A stretch of 64,000 bases of DNA from a virus. Shown here piece after piece: positions 57,465 to 64,000 of this stretch; position 1 is the first letter of the stretch, and every line of letters begins with the position of its first letter. The translations under genes were made by a program, and so were the position numbers. Where the stretch lies: IMG/VR virus record IMGVR_UViG_3300003690_000024, positions 1 through 64,000 of that record. The stretch is one strand, 5' to 3'. The notes under the pieces were generated by a model that worked only from the letters and a program-made list of their open reading frames with translations, searched no databases and was not told the DNA's origin.

Positions 57465-59828
57465 ATGGATCCTCTTTTTTCTCCGGGTATTCTTTATAAC
57501 ACCATTAAGTCAGGCATTGCAATGTCTAATTTTGTTATTTGCCATACTGCCTCGGGCGAGAACGACACCGTCGAGCGCTCGATATACTCGATGGAATCTG
57601 GCTCCATGTACGAATGGTACGGCCGCCCGAAGGTAGGCTCCGGGAACCCCGGAGGGCAAAGATTTGAAGAGGGTTACCTTTATATGGATAACGTGATGGC
57701 CGTCGGCCGAAGCATATACGACTCCACCTCGCCGTACTATACGACTGTCTCCGCTAGCTCGCTTGGTTATAACATGCAAAAGGTTCCGTTTGAGGCTCTT
57801 TATAATCCCGAAAGTTTCTTTAACGGCCAAGTGATCGGTGGCCTAAGCCCTGGCTCCGGAACTATTGGACCGCCTCAAGCCATTGCAGCAGCTGCCGCCA
57901 TCGAGACCTCCGGCCAGAGCGGCGGACCATTTATATATGATCGAATGCCTTCTTCTTCTATAGCGTGGGTCCCGTCCTTCCTGACGAGTTCAGACTATTC
58001 GCTGCCGGGTACCGCAGAGTCTTATCTTCCCAAAGGAAACACCTATATCAAACTAACGGAGCTGCACGGAAGCTCTCTGTATAGAATGGCAATGGACAAC
58101 TTTTTATGCGAGACAACAAATATTTTTTCAGATGGATTTGCTAACTTTAAATCCAAGCGCGAGGAAAACTTTGCGTCTGTTGTATCGGGTAATGTTTATA
58201 CGATGGAAGTGAGACTTTATAGAACTCGACAAACAGGGTCCGCGATGTCGAACTATTTCGCGTTTCCAAATCACCGGCCGCGAGCTGGACAGCCTAGGCC
58301 TGACAGAGACAGATTTACGATGTATTCTAGAGAGTCTGCTTTTGGGCCGCCGGCGTGGTCGCCGGCCAACGGCCAGCGAGGCGCCAGCTTTGTGCATTGT
58401 TCTCCCCCCTATTATAATCAGCCCGCATCTGCTTTGATTACCTATAGTAGCTCTGTTGGGGGTATTCCAACGCTTCAGGACATTTATGATAATCTCACAA
58501 TTGAATTTAGCAACCAAGCGAGCGAGATAGGCTGGGTGGAAGCCGACACGGTACCGGGGATGCATATTAATAGTTGCGTCAACCTAACAGAGCGCCTCCT
58601 GTCCGTTCCAGAGGGGACACAAGTACAAAAGAGCAGTTGGGTTATCCAGAGCAAGTATGAGACTCCTGTGATGAATTTTGCGAATGTAAGCGCAAGTTCG
58701 CCGCCTAGTGGTAATGTTGATGCGGGATATGATGCGAGTCTCATCTCAACAAAGGGAATGTGGCATCAGTATGGAACTGTCCCTAGTGCGTCAGATAATG
58801 GAATTTTCATCGAGATACTAGACAAGCCGAGTAGATATCTGAGAGATATTCCCGGCGCCGCAGCATCCCGCCGCGCGCTTAGCGACTCGTTGGCTAAGGT
58901 AGTCGGATTTGAAACAGGCGCCCCAACCCGCGTTGGTCGAGTTCCGAATGAGCATAAATTTGAAGAAGCTATTGTGGCGGTCCCATTCAAGACAGTAGAA
59001 AATCAGAGGCAATTCTTTGCCCTTAATGCGATAACGGAGGCATCGATCACATATGAGAATATTGTGAGAGCAATGAACAAGTATGTCTTCCCGCCCAAGA
59101 TAGACTTTACGCGCCATCCGGATTTTGTTACTCCTATATTAATGTATATTTTTGAATTCGAAGCGAAACTCACGAAAAAAGACCTGACGGACATGTGGCA
59201 GAATCTTATGCCCTCCATCGCCACCAAATTCGAACAAAAGAAGGTTGTGGTAGAAGACAAAGTATTGGTCGACATCCTTGCCAACAATACCGAAAATGTG
59301 AGATGGATAGTATTTAAGGTTAAGAAGCGCGCTATTAAGAACTTCGAGAAGTACAGAAGAAGCCTCATCACAAATGACCTCACAGGCTATGAAAATGATT
59401 CAATTGGTCCGCACTCTTATAACTGGCCTTATGATTATTTCTCTTTAGTGGAGCTAGCAAAGATAGATGAAGCCGTACAGTATAAATCAGCAGATTTGGT
59501 TAACCAGATTGATACAAATGAAGCGGCCGGTGGGAGCTCCGGTACCAGTGCGACTACAGCTGCAAGTGCTGCAACTGGTGCTCCAACAGGAGGAGGAGCC
59601 ATGGGCGTTAACGCGGCGGTCACAACCACTTCTGTCGAAGCAGCTAGCATAGCCCTCGCACCGGCCGTCCGGAGGGGCGCCCCCGACGCCCCTCCAGCCC
59701 CTCCTCGTCGCCCAGTACCGCGCTTTCCGCCCCCGAGGAGGCCCTACAATCCCAACCGGCGGCGCCGGACTGCTGTTGAGGACGTGGCCCGATCGCAGAT
59801 TGAGCTGACGTCCCGACTTATAAGGTGA
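57465..59828 (+). CDS. Virion protein; likely C-terminal part of the preceding giant protein
   Basis: Frame open from 57366, overlapping the upstream ORF end; same composition; GC-rich Pro/Arg tail. Confidence 0.7.
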   Translation: MDPLFSPGILYNTIKSGIAMSNFVICHTASGENDTVERSIYSMESGSMYEWYGRPKVGSGNPGGQRFEEGYLYMDNVMAVGRSIYDSTSPYYTTVSASSLGYNMQKVPFEALYNPESFFNGQVIGGLSPGSGTIGPPQAIAAAAAIETSGQSGGPFIYDRMPSSSIAWVPSFLTSSDYSLPGTAESYLPKGNTYIKLTELHGSSLYRMAMDNFLCETTNIFSDGFANFKSKREENFASVVSGNVYTMEVRLYRTRQTGSAMSNYFAFPNHRPRAGQPRPDRDRFTMYSRESAFGPPAWSPANGQRGASFVHCSPPYYNQPASALITYSSSVGGIPTLQDIYDNLTIEFSNQASEIGWVEADTVPGMHINSCVNLTERLLSVPEGTQVQKSSWVIQSKYETPVMNFANVSASSPPSGNVDAGYDASLISTKGMWHQYGTVPSASDNGIFIEILDKPSRYLRDIPGAAASRRALSDSLAKVVGFETGAPTRVGRVPNEHKFEEAIVAVPFKTVENQRQFFALNAITEASITYENIVRAMNKYVFPPKIDFTRHPDFVTPILMYIFEFEAKLTKKDLTDMWQNLMPSIATKFEQKKVVVEDKVLVDILANNTENVRWIVFKVKKRAIKNFEKYRRSLITNDLTGYENDSIGPHSYNWPYDYFSLVELAKIDEAVQYKSADLVNQIDTNEAAGGSSGTSATTAASAATGAPTGGGAMGVNAAVTTTSVEAASIALAPAVRRGAPDAPPAPPRRPVPRFPPPRRPYNPNRRRRTAVEDVARSQIELTSRLIR

Positions 59829-59835
59829 ATATAGA

Positions 59836-60888
59836 ATGGAATTTTTAAACAAAAAAGAAGAAGTATTTGAGTTTCAACTAACGGAGTATGGAAAGTATCT
59901 CCTATCTATTGGAAAATTAAAGCCTGAATATTACGCATTTTTTGATGATGATATTTTATATGACACAAGCGGCTCGGGGTACACTGAGATTCAGAATATG
60001 TCACGGGTCCGAATTCAGGACGAAACACCAAAATTGAAAGCGACAGTGACACGAACAAGTGCCGAGACTCGCGTCACACAGTTTTTAAATAACTTAGAAG
60101 GACCTATTGGAAGCAGCAATTCCGATCCTGCTCATCGAACTTCCTATTTTAGACAGCCTGTTTTTGAAGATAAAGGGAAAATTAATGCGCACGCTATTGG
60201 CCGTTCGTCGCTCAATACACAGTACAATCCTTCTTGGACCGCGACAGTTCTTTCATCTGCCGAAATAAGCTCATCTCGGGACTATATTGATACATCGGAT
60301 TACATCGAACACATTCCACAAATTAATATTACACTTGACTATTACACTTATTTTAAGAGCGGCGATCTAACAGACAATTCAGTTAGTACCCACCTAGAGT
60401 CTCCGCCCGGCAGCGGCCAGACTACAGATGTGTTTTTAGCGCTAAACGAGGATTATCTTTTAATGGAGATTTTAGAAGAGAACACTGATTTTGAAAAAGA
60501 AAATTTTGATATTGAAATTTACCATTCTTCATCTGCGCCCATTGGAACAGGCTCTTTTGTGCAATTAGCATACACCCCAGAGAATGACAGATTCTTCGAA
60601 TTCCCGCGCGAAATCAATAATAGTCTTAATGCTGCTGGCAATGTGGAGTATTATTTTAATGTTTTGGTAGACAAAGAAATTCCCATCGAAATTATTAAGG
60701 AACTAAATATATCAGAGAAGGCGCTTTCGACGGACGCGTCCAGAATAAAGCTAAACCGCGATTTGTATACAACAGGTGCACCTCCCGCCGGCCTGGGCCA
60801 CGGAGGAGGCCCAGGAAGAATCTCTGCCACAAATACGGTATCTACCCCTACTTACCCTGGTGACTCTGCTGATGAGGAGCCCTGCTAA
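59836..60888 (+). CDS. Virion structural protein (hypothetical)
   Basis: MEFLNKKEEV..FQLTEYGKYLLS.G...P.YYAFFDDDILYD; located in the structural operon. Confidence 0.7.
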   Translation: MEFLNKKEEVFEFQLTEYGKYLLSIGKLKPEYYAFFDDDILYDTSGSGYTEIQNMSRVRIQDETPKLKATVTRTSAETRVTQFLNNLEGPIGSSNSDPAHRTSYFRQPVFEDKGKINAHAIGRSSLNTQYNPSWTATVLSSAEISSSRDYIDTSDYIEHIPQINITLDYYTYFKSGDLTDNSVSTHLESPPGSGQTTDVFLALNEDYLLMEILEENTDFEKENFDIEIYHSSSAPIGTGSFVQLAYTPENDRFFEFPREINNSLNAAGNVEYYFNVLVDKEIPIEIIKELNISEKALSTDASRIKLNRDLYTTGAPPAGLGHGGGPGRISATNTVSTPTYPGDSADEEPC

Positions 60889-63807
60889 ATGTCTGTTTCT
60901 GCTGGCCCATACAAAGGAATTCTTCCATTTCTTAATATAGAGTCCTTCGCCGTGGCCGAGACCGCTGTCGGGCTAATTCTTTCCAACGAAATAGCCATGA
61001 CCTCAACTACTCCGGCAAAAACAATTACTTTTGGCAATTTTATTTTCTTATCGTCAAATAAAGAAATTATTGAAGGTTTAAATGTGGATGATGCCGCGCT
61101 CAAAGACAAGATTCTGAGCGGCACGGCGACGGGACAGAATAATGTTTATTATTTTACTTTGGATACCAAAACTGATTTTAGATATAAGATAAACATTCAG
61201 AGAGACCATGGTATAGATGTAGTGCAGCACAAGCACACGCAAGTCTATCATATGGATTTGAGCCCGTCTTCGACACAAGACCTTTATGTTTTGGTGGCAT
61301 CCTTTGCGAACAATGGTAATAACAACATTACCCTTGGGAACGTCCTAAAGGAAACAATTTTAATAGCTGGAAGGCCTCCTTTAGAGAGCTATTTATATAA
61401 AATGACGACCACACAAGACCATTACGGCGAAAAAGATAGTATTTGGCCCGGCGCCGTCCATCGAATCCTCCAATCGTCGATGGCGGGCCGCTATCATACG
61501 GGGGAGCCGCATCCTATTTTATCTGCTGATAAAGTTATCAACGTAAAGTCGAGAGATACTCGAATAATACATGTCGCAGCACAGGCAACCCCTCAAATTA
61601 TGGACCGTGTAGATATTTCGAATTTAAATCTGCCGGCCGTCACCCTCGGCGGCCTCGCGGCGGGACTCCTCGCCGGATCTATGGGGCACTTTTCTCCGCT
61701 TCATACATCGAGAGATCGCGATGGTGTGGTATATGGGTATTTTGCTTTTGATATACATGATTATTTCAAAGATAATTCATTATTTGGAAAATATATTCAA
61801 AACTCTGCCGCACTCGCAGCATGTGTGGAACTGCTAGATATTCAGATATTTCGTAGCGCAACTAAAAAATTAGACATTCGAAGTAATAAATTAACAGCTG
61901 GGGGCACCCAGACCGGTCTTTGCAAGTTGAAGACACCGGGTGCCCACGAGACCATTATCCAGGTTGCTTCTTTAAACAGCGGTGTTGAAGTAATTAAAAG
62001 GTTTAATGATGGAGAAATAATTGGCATAGCATTTAGAGATGATAATGCCGTACAATATGCGACTACCGGCTTCCAATACCATGTGCGAGTGCTTTTGTCC
62101 GATAAAACAAAAGAGGTGTTTATGTTGATAGCGGAACAGATCGGTCAACTGGTTAGGGAGTGCGGGCCTGACGATGCCCCTATTTCAGCTTGTCAAAATT
62201 TGGTGAACTTTTACATGGCTAGTATTGAGTTTTTGAACGGAATAGACGGATTTGGGCCCTTTACTAGGCGAGAATGGCAAAAAAACTTATTAACAGCAGT
62301 CTCTTCGTTCTCAGGCGAACACGATCTGGCCGCCCAGGCGTATGGCCTCTACGGCGAGAAAGAATATATAGTTAATTCGTTGATCCGGGCGTATGGCCTC
62401 GCGATTAGGAGTATTCTTCAATCCAATAGAGAAGGCACTAAGTCAGCAGTTGCCGATTTTCATTCTTCTATCTACCGCTCCAAGAACTTTCGCCCATTGA
62501 TGGCCATAGCGGATCTAAATGGTGGTATTGAACTCGGCACTTCCAGCGGTACGGGGCTCAATTATATCGATGATTATCTTAGCAATACGGGAGCGGTCAT
62601 CCCCTCGATAACTTACCAAAGAATGCAGCAAAGAGTTTTAGCCGAAGAAACAAAATATCCTGAAGCAACTGAAAATGCACAAACTACAAATTCGTTTGGC
62701 TACCTCACCCCAACATCAGTGGCTCTAGGCAACAATCCTCCTATCGACACTACAAGTCAAAACATTGATCTAGGAGACGACCAGGCTCTATTTGCGAATC
62801 AGGGCGCCCCGGGGCCCTGGGACATGGGGCACTCTTCCTACGAAAATAGTAATGCCGCAGTTATAAATTCTGTGGGTATTTCTATAACTGCGTTGCCGGT
62901 TAGCCTGAATAGACTAGTCGCGGCCTCAGAACTAGTAGAACCTCAGACTACTCCTAGTTCACAAATTTTAGGCGAGAATGCGTCTGCTTTTAATACGGAC
63001 AATTCTACCGAGCAAACAGCCAACAGCGGATCGGACGAGAGCATTATTAATGTGCACCTAACCCAGGAAGGAGCTTTCTCCGGCTATGGGAGTGCCCTCG
63101 CGGCTCAGCTTTTAGGTGATGAGTTTAACAACTGGTCTCAGGCTACGCCGCCGCCTGTTGGTTTAAATTATATGGATAAGGGTTCTCTTGCGGCAAACAC
63201 ACCGGCTGCGAATCAGATTCCCACAGAACCAATTCTGGGTGTACTTAATTTTGGGTCACAAGTAAGGGTGGAATATCTTTCTTCTTATGGGGTTCAAAGT
63301 GGTATTGGGGCAGAAAATTGGTCTATCTTAACCGATGTGATCTTTAGCGATGCTCGAACAAATAGTGAACTGCTTATTTGTCGACTTGTTAAGATCGAGG
63401 AGGTCCGCTACGGTACCTTCTCGAATCCAATTTTTACTCCCTTGACGACTCTTTTTATTATAGGGCCCCTTGGGAGGATAAGAATAGAAGGGAAATATGG
63501 TCCTCTGCTGAGTAGCTATATAGAGCAAAACTCTATATATCTGACTGAATTTCAGGGGTTTGCTAACGCATATAGGAACGAGGTCTTTTATTCCCAAACA
63601 GTTCCAATGCATGTGGAATCGTTGAATGCTGCAGCTGAATTTACCAGTACTCCTTCTGCGCCCGAAATACCACCCGGGGCCCCTAGCTTTACCCCAAGTA
63701 TTCCGTCATTCGACTACGCAGCCGAGTTCGAGGAGAGGCGTCAAGCCGAGGGGGAGCGCCGTCGCCTGGAACGTGAGGCCAGTGGCAAGAGTACAGGCTA
63801 TAAATAA
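60889..63807 (+). CDS. Large hypothetical virion protein (972 aa)
   Basis: Long ORF abutting the upstream stop, in the structural operon. Confidence 0.7.
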   Translation: MSVSAGPYKGILPFLNIESFAVAETAVGLILSNEIAMTSTTPAKTITFGNFIFLSSNKEIIEGLNVDDAALKDKILSGTATGQNNVYYFTLDTKTDFRYKINIQRDHGIDVVQHKHTQVYHMDLSPSSTQDLYVLVASFANNGNNNITLGNVLKETILIAGRPPLESYLYKMTTTQDHYGEKDSIWPGAVHRILQSSMAGRYHTGEPHPILSADKVINVKSRDTRIIHVAAQATPQIMDRVDISNLNLPAVTLGGLAAGLLAGSMGHFSPLHTSRDRDGVVYGYFAFDIHDYFKDNSLFGKYIQNSAALAACVELLDIQIFRSATKKLDIRSNKLTAGGTQTGLCKLKTPGAHETIIQVASLNSGVEVIKRFNDGEIIGIAFRDDNAVQYATTGFQYHVRVLLSDKTKEVFMLIAEQIGQLVRECGPDDAPISACQNLVNFYMASIEFLNGIDGFGPFTRREWQKNLLTAVSSFSGEHDLAAQAYGLYGEKEYIVNSLIRAYGLAIRSILQSNREGTKSAVADFHSSIYRSKNFRPLMAIADLNGGIELGTSSGTGLNYIDDYLSNTGAVIPSITYQRMQQRVLAEETKYPEATENAQTTNSFGYLTPTSVALGNNPPIDTTSQNIDLGDDQALFANQGAPGPWDMGHSSYENSNAAVINSVGISITALPVSLNRLVAASELVEPQTTPSSQILGENASAFNTDNSTEQTANSGSDESIINVHLTQEGAFSGYGSALAAQLLGDEFNNWSQATPPPVGLNYMDKGSLAANTPAANQIPTEPILGVLNFGSQVRVEYLSSYGVQSGIGAENWSILTDVIFSDARTNSELLICRLVKIEEVRYGTFSNPIFTPLTTLFIIGPLGRIRIEGKYGPLLSSYIEQNSIYLTEFQGFANAYRNEVFYSQTVPMHVESLNAAAEFTSTPSAPEIPPGAPSFTPSIPSFDYAAEFEERRQAEGERRRLEREASGKSTGYK

Positions 63808-63810
63808 AAC

Positions 63811-64000
63811 ATGGCTATAATATATAAAAACTACCAAGATCGAATTCAATTGGTGAACTCCAACTTGGTTGGGAAAAAAGAGAGAAAGGATTGCGAAGGC
63901 ACCGCCCAGGTCGCCACCTGCTGGCACCCCGCAGCCAAAAATGATTGGGGAATTGTGGACAGGATTCGTGGTTGTTTGGGCCGCTATCTAACTGTATACA
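63811..64000 (+). CDS. 5' end of next gene (partial; MAIIYKNYQDRIQLVNSN...)
   Basis: ATG 63811, open to the window end; preceded by TATAAATA at 63799-63806. Confidence 0.6.
   Translation, partial: MAIIYKNYQDRIQLVNSNLVGKKERKDCEGTAQVATCWHPAAKNDWGIVDRIRGCLGRYLTVY

Noticed and set aside
44270-60888. Two structural proteins ending in Cys (…APDC, …EEPC) as a cross-linking signal
   Set aside because: Only two cases; cannot be distinguished from chance without homologue alignments
62337-62400. 13-bp direct repeat GGCGTATGGCCTC (AYGL twice)
   Set aside because: Only two short in-frame copies; no element structure
38713-63927. Numerous short minus-strand and alternate-frame ORFs in the structural region
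   Set aside because: All nested in long + strand genes, concentrated in GC-rich patches where stops are rare; no independent support
1-64000. CRISPR array, integrase/transposase, reverse transcriptase (DGR or retron), intron or intein
   Set aside because: No regularly spaced repeats or diagnostic motifs seen by eye; short or degenerate elements could have been missed
1-64000. Stop-codon reassignment as seen in some large phages
   Set aside because: Code 11 gives full-length genes with near-complete coding density, and all three stops end genes at tight junctions

Overview
A 64-kb segment of a large T4-like (myovirus-type, probably jumbo) bacteriophage genome. Genes are densely packed, almost all on the + strand, often with ATGA overlaps, and read in the standard code (TAA, TAG and TGA all act as stops). 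From left to right: (1) 1-9.5 kb is an array of unrelated proteins sharing short N-terminal leaders (MKLLLENWRKY..E or MKITKSQLKQIIKEE type). The cargo includes a DEDDh exonuclease, a ParB-like protein, a HAD phosphatase, a Zn-peptidase and a ligase-like/NMNAT-like fusion. (2) 9.5-16 kb holds regulatory and RNA functions: a Fis-like HTH protein, an 82-nt tmRNA-like RNA reduced to its tRNA-like domain with no mRNA/tag region, a SpoU methyltransferase, tRNA-Thr(UGU), a cytidylyltransferase, PIN-PhoH and a Cas4-like nuclease. (3) 16-34 kb is an 18-gene glycan biosynthesis and tailoring cluster (GT4/GT2/GT11-like transferases, carbamoyltransferase, Ugd, NeuA/NeuB, B12 radical SAM, epimerases). (4) 35-64 kb carries a gp55-like sigma factor and a baseplate/virion module (lysozyme-bearing hub, spike, gp25, gp6, very large LamG-containing proteins). 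The best novelty candidates are the message-less mini-tmRNA and the leader-tagged cargo cassette array. All family assignments come from motif recognition by eye; no database searches were run.
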